From a virus: 64,000 nucleotides of DNA. The position numbers and the translations under genes are program-made. The stretch spans positions 1 through 64,000 of IMG/VR virus record IMGVR_UViG_3300031918_000006. The stretch is one strand, 5' to 3'. How positions within the stretch are numbered: the first letter of the stretch is position 1; the number at the start of each line of letters is the position of its first letter. Shown one piece after another: positions 49,946-60,050 of this stretch. The notes beneath the pieces are model-generated. The model worked only from the letters and a program-made list of their open reading frames with translations. It did not search any database and was not told the origin of the DNA.

Positions 49946-52900
49946 TGAGAAATAACTGCGGTTTAATATCAACGAACGCGTCCATCGAACTGATGGGCGT
50001 GTTTAATAATTTTATAAAAACACTCTATAAAAAAGGAGCAAAAAATAACTATGCAAGATTAGAGGATAAAATTGCAGAATATCTATATGACAAACATAGG
50101 AAAGACGACAAAAATGATGCTTTAACTCCTGAGGAGAGTCATTTTATTGAACAACAGTTTATTTTATATACAGCTGCTGTTAAACCTATTTTAACTAAAA
50201 GTAGAATAGATACAAAATTTGCAGAAAAAATATGGGGAGATTCTACAGCCGTTAAACCTATAGAATTGTTTTTGGCTGATGTACAGAAAGCATTAATAGA
50301 GGGGAGTGAAACTACATTAACAGAAAAAGTTAAAAATTTATATGAAGTTTCTCCAGAAGATACTTCTTTAATTCCAGCTCCTAAAGAAGAATTAATTCCA
50401 ACACCTCCATTAGAAGGTGAAACTAAAATTACTAAATTCACAGATATTAGTAATAAAATGGATTTAAAAGAAGTTTTTGCAAATGCAAATACTGCTTATT
50501 TATTATTAGAGAGAAGAGTTTCTAATCATATTGTTAGGAATTATTTAATCAATCAAGAAACAGGAGTGTATAACTCTTCAAGTAATTCTGTTGATAAATC
50601 TGTAAAAGCTAATAAAACAAGAATCTATAAAGAACTTATTAAGAATTTTGAGCAAAAGGGAATTAAATTTGTTGATAGTGAGAGAGATTATTACGTTAAT
50701 GGAAGAATTAATGATAACATTAAGAGTGTATTAGATAGAATTGCTGATTATTATAAAAAATATGATGGGACTGGTATAACTAATATCAAATTAGAAGAAT
50801 GGACACAAAATAATATAAATGAGATTTCTGATTTTATAAATTTTGTTACTATCTCTAACTTTGATAATTTGCTTTTATCTTATGGGAAAGGTATATTCAA
50901 AATTTCTGATAGTTACCTAAACTCAGCTAATGAAAAGTATGATGAACCTAAATATGTTTTAGATATTGCTAGTAATATCAATGATAGTATATTTCAAACA
51001 GGTGAATATAACTTATCTGATGAACAATCATCATTGTTTAAGATGTTTATCTCATCTATGCCTTCTGTTACATTTGATAAACAAGTTTCTCATGATAAAG
51101 AAATTGATTTGAATACTGTAAATACAGTAATGGCTAAATTATTACATGGAAATCTATTAGAAGGGGCTCCTATATATGATCCAACAAATAGTATGGAAAG
51201 TATGAAAGCTTTACTTGAATTTGCCATCAATAATTTTACAGGAGAAGGTAAAAAAATAAAGAGTTTTGATAAAATTGAAAAAGACACTTTACTCTCAGTT
51301 TATATGTACTTTTTCAGAAATAATGATGAACTTACTACTAAACATCCTAAAGTTCTATTAAATAACTCATTAAGATCAGCTATACAAGTAGCTTATGGTA
51401 ATGATACTGAATCTGGATTTAAAAATATCCCCTCATTTTATCATTTAGCCTCAAATAGTGAAGTTATTTCTGGGATGGACTACTTTAATGTTATAGTAAG
51501 TAACTTTGATAAAACATACTTAAATGAGTACACAGAGTATACCTACGATAAAGACCGAGGAACCATTACTGTAAATAGTCCTACTGAAAGATTAATTAAT
51601 AGTTCAGAAATTCAATTCACTAATAATTTAAATAATTTTATTAATCAAGAGTTTAATAAGACTTTCTTAGAAAATAGATATAAAGATGTTACTATTGAAG
51701 GTAAAGAGTCTGATATGCCTACAGTAAGATTTGAATTATCTAAAGGAGTATTTATTACAGCTAATTTAGCAAACGGTGGTATCTCAATTACAGATGGTAT
51801 TAAAACTACTGATTCTAAAGCACTTGATTTTAAAATAAGTCCTATACAAGAACAAAAATTAGTAGAAATTTTAAATAAAATCTTACCCCAATTACAATTA
51901 AGAGATGATAAAGGAAATGACTTTTATTATCCTCTTTTTACTCAAGTATTTTCTCCTACTCTGGATGATCATGTAGAAGCATTAACAGCTCTAGCTAAAG
52001 TGGCTGGATATGTAGCTTATACTTCATCTATGGTTAATGAAATAGGTAAAGATGGTTTATTAGGTAGTAAATGGATGAAAAATTTTGGAGCAGACAAGTC
52101 ACCTTATATTAAAGATGATGAGGAGTTTTCTATTGCCAGAATGTTTCCAGGTTATAGTGATATAGCTAAAAATATTGGTAAAGGACTCTCTATTATTAAT
52201 GGTGAAACACATAAAGCTGTAATTAAAGTAGGTAATGTTACTGTTCCTACAATTGGAGAAGTAAGACATTTATATGCTCTTCCTAAATGGAGGAATTGGT
52301 TAATCAAGCAAAATGGTAATAAATTAACTGGAATGCCTATTGCTAGTAATCTATTTATGAGAAATCCTGATTTTTTAAAAGGATTTAAAATTAGAAGTTT
52401 TGTAAAATCAGGTGATAATGTGAAACATTCCTCAGAGATGGCACCACTTGAAATAGCAACTACTTTCATAATGCATGACTATATAGCAGCTGCTAATAAA
52501 TACAATGAAGTTTACATTCAATCTACAGTATTCGCTGATAAAAATAGCCATAATAGTGTAGTTGTAAAACTAAATGAAGAAATTCAAATCCCAGGAATTA
52601 CTAATAAAATCTCTCTCTCAAATGTAACAGCTACTGAATTAAAACAAGCTGCTTTTTTGAATAATGCTACTTATTATAAAGCTATCTCAGATAAGTTAAC
52701 TTCTACTTATATACCAGTGCTACAGACTCTATTGCCTGGGACTACAATTGAATCTACTTTACAAGGAGTTCATGATGCCATGAGCAAAGTTCAAGAACAG
52801 GATTTTAGAAATGCTTTTTATAAACATTATAATGGAAGTGAGTATATTATTGAAGATTTAGGAATAGAAAAGAATAAAAAAGATGGCACATGTGGTTTAT

Positions 52901-55900
52901 CTCCTTTATTAATTTACTATACTGAAATGTATACTGATAAATCAAAAACTACTCCTGCTTTTACAAAAATGATGAAAGCTAACGAATTGCTTTTTGCTAA
53001 AAGTTTAAACTCATATAATATGAATATTGAGTACATGGATGGTAAAGGAAGTCTTAATCCTTTATTTATTCGTAAGGGTACCTCAACTATTTTTGATACT
53101 TTAAAAATAGCAGATGAAAAAACAGGAGATAGAATTACTAAAGAGAATTTTGAAAAAAATTGGGTAGATCCTTCTACAAAATACTTAACCATTTATAAAG
53201 GAGGAGAATTAAATCCTTTGCTTAGACATTATTTTTACATGGATAACTATATTTCTGAGAATTTATCTCAAGCTAGTATGGGGACTATTCATAATCATCC
53301 ATTTAAAGGAAAAGCTAAGGCTAAACCTGGTACTTTTGAGTTCTTTACTGAAATAGAATCTGCTAAAACAGCTGCTATGTATAAAAGACAACTTCAAGGT
53401 ACTCCCATGAAACCTTTGAATTTAAATTTAATCAATGGTGTACGTGAAACTATGAGTTCTGTATTTTTAACTGATATAAATAATCCAGTTTATACTAGTT
53501 TTGGAATTAAAGATAAGATGACAGTAACTGACGGTTCAGCGCAAGTAACCCCTTTACAATATATTCTACAAAACAATTCATTACTAGAAAATTCAGTTGG
53601 TCCTAATGCTAAGATGTTTAGTTTATTTATGGATCCAAAGTATAACTCATATGGTTTAACTAAATATGCAGAATTTGGTATTACTAATGAAATGATTCAA
53701 AATTCTAAAGGTTCTACTTATGATCTTATGAATTTAATAGAAAAAAGTTACAGGTATAAACCTTTTACTAGGAGTATTACTATTGAGGAATTTAATCCTA
53801 ATACATTTGATTATGATAAAACTTTAGTACAATATACTCCAGATATCTTAAAAGATTTTAAGGGTAATAATATAACTATTGAAACAATTGCTCCTAATGG
53901 ATTATTCTATGTAAAAAATGATCAAGTATATGAGATTAAATCTTTAACAAGAGGTACTACTATAACTCAACCTTCTGGAGAAGTAATAGTAGCAAAAGGA
54001 GAATCAAATGATTTTCAGGTGCAGGCTATAAATTTAACCACTGGAATGGCCGAAGTTCCTAAATCTGTTAAAATAAATGATTTATTTGATTTATGGCAAG
54101 CTTTGGGGGCCGAAAATTCAGTATCTATTGATAAAGAAGGACAATATTCTGGTAGTAGAAATCCTGGAGAGACATTAAACTTTACTGAATCTGATGCTTC
54201 TCATTATGCTTTAGCAGAATTTGTAAATAGAGTAGGCCATAAAATGGATTCTAATCAAAAGGTTAATTTAATCAATAAATATGGTTTAAGAGATCTATCA
54301 GATCCACATACTAATGCTATATACTCTAAAGAAACTGAGGCTAATTTTGTAAAATTATTTCCAGAGTTTAAAGTAAATAAAACTGACTTTAAAGTACACA
54401 ATCAGACAAATACATGGCAACCTTTAAAAGCAATGTTCATTGGAAAATATATCCACACATCTGCACAAAAGTCAGGTGCTATAAATGTGCATAATATCGA
54501 TGATGTGTATAACCAAACAAAACCAATTTATCCAGTAGATGTTCCAGCAATTTCTACAGGATTACTTATGACTACAGAGCATGAAGTAGAAGGCTCAGAG
54601 ATCACTAAAATGACTCAAATCTATAGTGCTATAGAATTTATGGGTGATTCACATAATGTGTCTAGTGGGGTTTATAATGCCATTGCTGACGTCTTAAATA
54701 TTAAACTTAAATCTTTATTTGATGCTACTGAATTCCAAAATGTAAATAAAGAGGCATTATATAAAGAAGTTACTGACAATTTGATTCGCACATTTAACTC
54801 TAAAGACCAACAATCTATTGGTAAGTTCATTGGACAGATGGTAGAAAGAAATTCAGACGAGATAAAAGCATTTACAGCTCAAGCCAAAGAAGCCGAAGCT
54901 ATCACAGAAGATGCTACAGGTGAAGAGCCTGGAGTAGCTAGTACTATGAGTATGAGTATAGTTAGAGATGGTAAAAGAATGCCTTTTAGTACTTATATGT
55001 ACAGTTCTTTTATATCTCTTATGAGTAATTTTTTAAATAAAGAGGCTATTAAAGATAAACAGTCTGGCATTGCCTCTCCTATTAAACCTTCTGGAGGTAT
55101 GCTTCAAGTGTATGATTCAGAAGATATTAATGGTAAAAAAGATGTACTTTTAAGAAAAAATTACGATAAATTAAATGCTGCTGAAAATATAGTGGAAGCC
55201 CCAATTACTATTGGAGAGATTTCTTTAAATGATTGGGTAAGAGAAAGTGATGGTAAAACTATGAAAGAGTATCAAGTAAATACTCCAGAAAAGTTAATTG
55301 CACTTAAAAGAAAGGATACAGGAGAATCTGTTCCAGTTCAAACTTTTAAAGGATTTTGGACAAGAGGTACAGTACAAAATGATACTAATAATGTTTATCT
55401 ATTTGGCGATAATACTAACGATAGGATGGTTACTAAATATATTCCTGGGGCAACCCAAGCTGTTATTAGAGGACTTCCTAATGCTATAGGAATTGATACA
55501 AAGAGAGATAGAGGTACTACAAGTAAATCATTCTTAACAGATGCTGATCTTCCTTGGTTTAAATCACATGTAGACGAGCAATTAAAGAAAGCACAAGCTT
55601 TAGGTAAACCTATTATCCTTCCAGAAGATGGAATTGGAACTGGAAAAGCTATGTTAAAAGAGAAAGCTCCTGCATTATTTGCATACTTAAATGAGGCTCT
55701 ATCTAAATTAGAAACAACTAAACCTTCAAAAGTAAAATTTGTAAAATTATATGGTAAACCAAGAGATTTACAACCACCACTTTTAACTTTTAAAGTTATA
55801 GGTAAAGGAATGAAAGAATCTCCTATGTCTATTTATGAATTACCTGATTTTGCAATGGTTTATGACTATAAAGAAATTTTGGAAGATAAAAAACCCATGA

Positions 55901-57549
55901 CTGCAGAGTTAGGTTCTTTTTTAACTAAGAGATTTCCAGGAGAAAATATTGAGAAATTAATGAAGAATACCAAATTAGTAAACAATGCTTTACGAGTTAA
56001 TATTCAAAGTATTTTTAATAGAATTGATACTCAACATAATGTCTTAATTAACGGAAAAGAGTATCCAGTAGAAGTGTTAACACGTTCTTCTGGGGAAGCC
56101 ATTGGCCCAAATATTTATAGAACTATGTTTGACTTACCTAAGGGAACTTCAGTTAATCAAGTTACTGAAGATTTCTTATTTCAAAGAATGTATGATAAAT
56201 CTAAACCTGCTATCAATGATAAAAGTTGTTATGCTTACGTACAGAATCCAAATGGAAATCATATCTACATTTTTAATAAAGTTCCAACTGAATTTACAGA
56301 ATATACTCAAGGTAAACAGATAAAAGAAATTAATGGACAGTATTGGGTAGTAGATGGTAATGGTGATCCCAGATATATAGCCCCATCAGGTCTTACAGGT
56401 ACAGCACTTATTGGTGGAAAAAGAGTAGAAGTAATTGTCACTAATGATTTACCAAGTCTTCAAAAAACTCTTCAAGAGACTAAAAATTATGACAAAAGTT
56501 TACAAACTGGTAGAATTTATAATGTCAACGAAAATAATGATGCTATTCTTAAAGAAGAGTGTGCTATTCTAGCTAAAAAAAGATTTTCTAGTTTTAGAAC
56601 CACTTTAAATTATATTGCAGCACGTATTCCCGGACAAGGTTTCCAATCATTTACTGATTTAAAACTTGTAGACTTTATTCATACAGAAGGTAATACAGTT
56701 ATGACTAACCATTTTACTTCCTGGTTAAAAGGAGAGGATTATGATATTGATAAAGGATTCTGGCTTGGATTAACTCTTAAAAATGGAATTGTAGTAGGTT
56801 GGGCTAATGAATTTGATTATAGCTCAGAAGAATCTCTTATAGCTTCTATGTCTCTGCCTTATCCTGATAAAAAATGGAGAAGTTTAGACACAGAAGATAG
56901 TATTGATGATCCTGCAGAAGTTACACTTACTAACGAAGAAGTAGATAGCCTATTTGAAGAAAATATGTCCAAATTACGTAGTGATACTTTAGTTAAATTA
57001 GGTAATATTGATAATTATAATTTCTTAGGAGAAAATCACACAGCTTATGAAGTACAAGAAAAAGTTAATGAATACTTTATGCAAACTATACCTTTAAATG
57101 CTATGGAAGATGCTGTTAAGAATAAAATGGCTTGGGGTATTAGAGATGCTGTAGTTAAACCTGTAAACTTAAATCATACAGAGTCTCCTATTGGAATGGA
57201 AGAACTTAGAGATGAAGCCACGGAAGCTAATAGAGTTGTAAGTAATAATAATCCAATGAGTAAGGCTGATTTTCAATATGCAAACATGGTTGGTAAGAAT
57301 GTAATTGGTATTGCAGCTGTTGCATTAAAGATTTGGAGTGCTGCTTCTTTCTACGGAAATGATAAAGTAAAAAAGGGAGAATTTGCTTCTATATTAATGG
57401 ATAAAAATCTCAAAATTAACGGAAAAAATCGTTATATTGCGAGCCAAGCAAACCTTAACTTTAGTGCGAAGGCTTCTACTGTAATTACAGATGAATATAT
57501 TGCTGATCAAGTAGGTAAAAATAATATTGAGGAAAATTGTAATGGATAA
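49945..57549 (+). CDS. Virion RNA polymerase, catalytic (double-psi beta-barrel) polypeptide
   Basis: 2534 aa with TDG (near 53527), RIPGQ..QS, and the metal-binding DxDxD motif in GEDYDIDK (DYDID at 56737-56751), comparable to DFDID of phi14:2 gp66. GKNVIGIAA lies near the C-terminus. Confidence 0.88.
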   Translation: MRNNCGLISTNASIELMGVFNNFIKTLYKKGAKNNYARLEDKIAEYLYDKHRKDDKNDALTPEESHFIEQQFILYTAAVKPILTKSRIDTKFAEKIWGDSTAVKPIELFLADVQKALIEGSETTLTEKVKNLYEVSPEDTSLIPAPKEELIPTPPLEGETKITKFTDISNKMDLKEVFANANTAYLLLERRVSNHIVRNYLINQETGVYNSSSNSVDKSVKANKTRIYKELIKNFEQKGIKFVDSERDYYVNGRINDNIKSVLDRIADYYKKYDGTGITNIKLEEWTQNNINEISDFINFVTISNFDNLLLSYGKGIFKISDSYLNSANEKYDEPKYVLDIASNINDSIFQTGEYNLSDEQSSLFKMFISSMPSVTFDKQVSHDKEIDLNTVNTVMAKLLHGNLLEGAPIYDPTNSMESMKALLEFAINNFTGEGKKIKSFDKIEKDTLLSVYMYFFRNNDELTTKHPKVLLNNSLRSAIQVAYGNDTESGFKNIPSFYHLASNSEVISGMDYFNVIVSNFDKTYLNEYTEYTYDKDRGTITVNSPTERLINSSEIQFTNNLNNFINQEFNKTFLENRYKDVTIEGKESDMPTVRFELSKGVFITANLANGGISITDGIKTTDSKALDFKISPIQEQKLVEILNKILPQLQLRDDKGNDFYYPLFTQVFSPTLDDHVEALTALAKVAGYVAYTSSMVNEIGKDGLLGSKWMKNFGADKSPYIKDDEEFSIARMFPGYSDIAKNIGKGLSIINGETHKAVIKVGNVTVPTIGEVRHLYALPKWRNWLIKQNGNKLTGMPIASNLFMRNPDFLKGFKIRSFVKSGDNVKHSSEMAPLEIATTFIMHDYIAAANKYNEVYIQSTVFADKNSHNSVVVKLNEEIQIPGITNKISLSNVTATELKQAAFLNNATYYKAISDKLTSTYIPVLQTLLPGTTIESTLQGVHDAMSKVQEQDFRNAFYKHYNGSEYIIEDLGIEKNKKDGTCGLSPLLIYYTEMYTDKSKTTPAFTKMMKANELLFAKSLNSYNMNIEYMDGKGSLNPLFIRKGTSTIFDTLKIADEKTGDRITKENFEKNWVDPSTKYLTIYKGGELNPLLRHYFYMDNYISENLSQASMGTIHNHPFKGKAKAKPGTFEFFTEIESAKTAAMYKRQLQGTPMKPLNLNLINGVRETMSSVFLTDINNPVYTSFGIKDKMTVTDGSAQVTPLQYILQNNSLLENSVGPNAKMFSLFMDPKYNSYGLTKYAEFGITNEMIQNSKGSTYDLMNLIEKSYRYKPFTRSITIEEFNPNTFDYDKTLVQYTPDILKDFKGNNITIETIAPNGLFYVKNDQVYEIKSLTRGTTITQPSGEVIVAKGESNDFQVQAINLTTGMAEVPKSVKINDLFDLWQALGAENSVSIDKEGQYSGSRNPGETLNFTESDASHYALAEFVNRVGHKMDSNQKVNLINKYGLRDLSDPHTNAIYSKETEANFVKLFPEFKVNKTDFKVHNQTNTWQPLKAMFIGKYIHTSAQKSGAINVHNIDDVYNQTKPIYPVDVPAISTGLLMTTEHEVEGSEITKMTQIYSAIEFMGDSHNVSSGVYNAIADVLNIKLKSLFDATEFQNVNKEALYKEVTDNLIRTFNSKDQQSIGKFIGQMVERNSDEIKAFTAQAKEAEAITEDATGEEPGVASTMSMSIVRDGKRMPFSTYMYSSFISLMSNFLNKEAIKDKQSGIASPIKPSGGMLQVYDSEDINGKKDVLLRKNYDKLNAAENIVEAPITIGEISLNDWVRESDGKTMKEYQVNTPEKLIALKRKDTGESVPVQTFKGFWTRGTVQNDTNNVYLFGDNTNDRMVTKYIPGATQAVIRGLPNAIGIDTKRDRGTTSKSFLTDADLPWFKSHVDEQLKKAQALGKPIILPEDGIGTGKAMLKEKAPALFAYLNEALSKLETTKPSKVKFVKLYGKPRDLQPPLLTFKVIGKGMKESPMSIYELPDFAMVYDYKEILEDKKPMTAELGSFLTKRFPGENIEKLMKNTKLVNNALRVNIQSIFNRIDTQHNVLINGKEYPVEVLTRSSGEAIGPNIYRTMFDLPKGTSVNQVTEDFLFQRMYDKSKPAINDKSCYAYVQNPNGNHIYIFNKVPTEFTEYTQGKQIKEINGQYWVVDGNGDPRYIAPSGLTGTALIGGKRVEVIVTNDLPSLQKTLQETKNYDKSLQTGRIYNVNENNDAILKEECAILAKKRFSSFRTTLNYIAARIPGQGFQSFTDLKLVDFIHTEGNTVMTNHFTSWLKGEDYDIDKGFWLGLTLKNGIVVGWANEFDYSSEESLIASMSLPYPDKKWRSLDTEDSIDDPAEVTLTNEEVDSLFEENMSKLRSDTLVKLGNIDNYNFLGENHTAYEVQEKVNEYFMQTIPLNAMEDAVKNKMAWGIRDAVVKPVNLNHTESPIGMEELRDEATEANRVVSNNNPMSKADFQYANMVGKNVIGIAAVALKIWSAASFYGNDKVKKGEFASILMDKNLKINGKNRYIASQANLNFSAKASTVITDEYIADQVGKNNIEENCNG

Positions 57550-60049
57550 AGGATGTATACATACATACAAAGGCGTAGAATATAGGAATTATCAAGATTT
57601 AAAAAATGCATTAATTGAGGAGCAGAGTAGTCACTACTTTGCTCCTTTTATGGCTGCAGTTTTAGAAAAATTAAAGAATAATCCCGATATAACGGGCGTG
57701 CAAGAGATTGAAAAGGTCGTGAAAGAAATTTCTGATCAATTTATGTTGAAAGAAGATGTTAGTTTAACTTTGAGTCAGTTATTAAGTGCTGCTACTGATA
57801 ATGCTAAAGAATTAATCTTAGCTAAAATTAATGCAGGACCTGAAACTGCTGGAGTTTATGCATACTTAACCATGTTAGGAGTTCCTTTTAAAGAAATTGC
57901 TCAAATGATGAAGAGTGATGCAGTTAAATGGGTTATTGAGAATTCTCGTAAAAATATTTTTGATAAACAAACTGATTTTAATAGTATTAAAAGTTCTATT
58001 AAAGAGTTTGAAAATGGCCCTAACGTATATAAATATTTAGATTTTGATAGGGCCAATATTTTTTCTAATATTCTAAGAGATAGTTTAAAAAATAGTACTT
58101 TTTTAGGAGCACTTCCTTATGGTAATATATTTAAAGATCCCGAAGTAATTAAGATTCTCTCTAATACTGATAAAAAGAAAGGCCCAGTCGTAAAAATGCA
58201 TTCTATAGGTGCTTTAATGTCTCCTATAGATATTACAAGTAAAGTTGGAGATACAATAGTAACTAAATCTTTAGATTTTAATATTTCTAGAGAAGATATT
58301 AGTGAATTTTACAAAACTTTGCAAGAAGGTAATTTTATAAAAGAGTCATATGAACCTGTAGTTAATAAATATACAGAAGACGAGGATATGGATATGGGTT
58401 GGGAAGATGGTGAAATTAGAAGTAATAAAATTCCTGTAAAAATTGAGGTATCTAGATTTATACAAAAAATGATAGAATATTTAGATAAAGCTCCAGAAGG
58501 AGACATATCTGAATTTGCTAATATTATGGAAGATTCAAAAGAAGTTCTTATCTTAGGTAGAATGCTTTCTATAAATCAAGGTATTAAAACTGATAGTTAC
58601 TCTCAATATGCTTTTTTTCAGAGAGTTACTGATTATATAATTGAAAAAAGCAAAGGTAAAATGTCTTTAGAAACTCCAGAGAAAATGATGTCTGAGATGA
58701 TGGAAGAAATGCCTACTCATAGAGTAGACCCTAAATTTTTAGAAGAAGTTATGAAAAGATTCGATTTTAAAAAATTTTTAGGGATAGGTTTAACACAAGA
58801 AGACGCTACTATTTATAGAGAAACTAGTAAATTGTGGTATAATAAGATTAAATCCTCCTTTAATATTTTAGCTATTGTCTCTGATACTCCCCATTTTAAT
58901 GCAATGCTAGGAGTTTCCTCTTTAATGGAAAATATGAAAAGCATGCTCTCAGTTAAAGCAAAATTAGTTGATAAATTAATTAAAGATGTTTATGATAAAC
59001 ATATTATAGCTTCAGATTTAACTGAGGAACAGATGGAGTATAAAACAATTGCTGATAAGGACTATTTTAAAATTATGGATTTTGCAAATGATTCTATTAT
59101 ATTAAAGTGGATTCGTTCTTTAGACGACTCTAAGAGAATTTTTGCACATGATTCAAATACTTATCACACTATTGTTGATAATAAGATTGTTAAAGTTACT
59201 GAAGAAAATAGGGAGAGATATCCACGTAAAATTGATGTTAGTAGTGCTGAGGGAAGACTAGATTTTATAGACATGGTTCATGAGATGATGTCTGTGTTAA
59301 AAGATGGAAAATTCTTAGTTAATGGTGAGTATAAAGAACATCCTCTTCTAAAAAACAATGCTTTTATACATTCATTCGATATTGATAAGAAAAGAGATCC
59401 TTTAACTGGTAAAAACAATAAGTTCTATAAGCTTCCTATGAATATATTAAATGTAAATGAAGCTAATACTCATAAGTTTAATAGTTACTTAATTGGATTT
59501 TCAGACTTAGCTAAAATTGAGTATAATGGAGTTAATATACAGAATTTATTATTCTTATATAATACTTTTATTCACAGGGATAAAATTAATAGAGACTCTT
59601 TAACAAAATTGTTTGAATCTTCTACCTCTGGTATTGAACATACTATGATGGGTGATTTTATTAAATGGGCTGGAGATTTTGATTGGAATGAAAAAGAATT
59701 ACAATCTTTATCCGAATCTAAAGAGTATGATTATGATATAGACGATATTATAATTAAAGGATTGGCTACTAAGATCTTCTCAAAAAACTTGGATAGAAAT
59801 GTAGGAAAATATGCTTATGCAGTCTTGTATAATGCTTCTACAGGAGAGTCTACAAAGCAATATTATGAGTGGAACAATAGTGCTAGTACTTATCAAAAAT
59901 ATGATCACTTTAGTAGTGATTTAGCAATAGCTTCTAGTGCGGGATCACAAATTGGAGTACAAAGAGGAAATGCAAATGACTTTAATGCTACTTTAAGAGA
60001 AATCTCAAATAGAGGAATAATAATAAACAATGTAAAAATAGAATGTTAA
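57542..60049 (+). CDS. Virion RNA polymerase, C-terminal part (separate ORF)
   Basis: ATG 57542 (MDKGC...) overlaps the upstream gene end and is preferred to TTG 57527. Contains LLSAATDNAKELIL, the motif that normally follows the catalytic barrel in crAss-like RNAPs. Confidence 0.75.
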   Translation: MDKGCIHTYKGVEYRNYQDLKNALIEEQSSHYFAPFMAAVLEKLKNNPDITGVQEIEKVVKEISDQFMLKEDVSLTLSQLLSAATDNAKELILAKINAGPETAGVYAYLTMLGVPFKEIAQMMKSDAVKWVIENSRKNIFDKQTDFNSIKSSIKEFENGPNVYKYLDFDRANIFSNILRDSLKNSTFLGALPYGNIFKDPEVIKILSNTDKKKGPVVKMHSIGALMSPIDITSKVGDTIVTKSLDFNISREDISEFYKTLQEGNFIKESYEPVVNKYTEDEDMDMGWEDGEIRSNKIPVKIEVSRFIQKMIEYLDKAPEGDISEFANIMEDSKEVLILGRMLSINQGIKTDSYSQYAFFQRVTDYIIEKSKGKMSLETPEKMMSEMMEEMPTHRVDPKFLEEVMKRFDFKKFLGIGLTQEDATIYRETSKLWYNKIKSSFNILAIVSDTPHFNAMLGVSSLMENMKSMLSVKAKLVDKLIKDVYDKHIIASDLTEEQMEYKTIADKDYFKIMDFANDSIILKWIRSLDDSKRIFAHDSNTYHTIVDNKIVKVTEENRERYPRKIDVSSAEGRLDFIDMVHEMMSVLKDGKFLVNGEYKEHPLLKNNAFIHSFDIDKKRDPLTGKNNKFYKLPMNILNVNEANTHKFNSYLIGFSDLAKIEYNGVNIQNLLFLYNTFIHRDKINRDSLTKLFESSTSGIEHTMMGDFIKWAGDFDWNEKELQSLSESKEYDYDIDDIIIKGLATKIFSKNLDRNVGKYAYAVLYNASTGESTKQYYEWNNSASTYQKYDHFSSDLAIASSAGSQIGVQRGNANDFNATLREISNRGIIINNVKIEC

Positions 60050-60050
60050 C

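Noticed and set aside
57527-57830. Split intein or intron as the explanation for the RNAP break
   Set aside because: No Hint-domain blocks, no His-Asn/Cys splice junction in the right order, no homing endonuclease, and no non-coding spacer to hold an intron.
59725-59745. Second DYDID string (EYDYDIDD) in the RNAP C-terminal ORF
   Set aside because: It lacks the preceding RIP and G context and the following K of the catalytic loop. It is probably a chance match in an acidic stretch.
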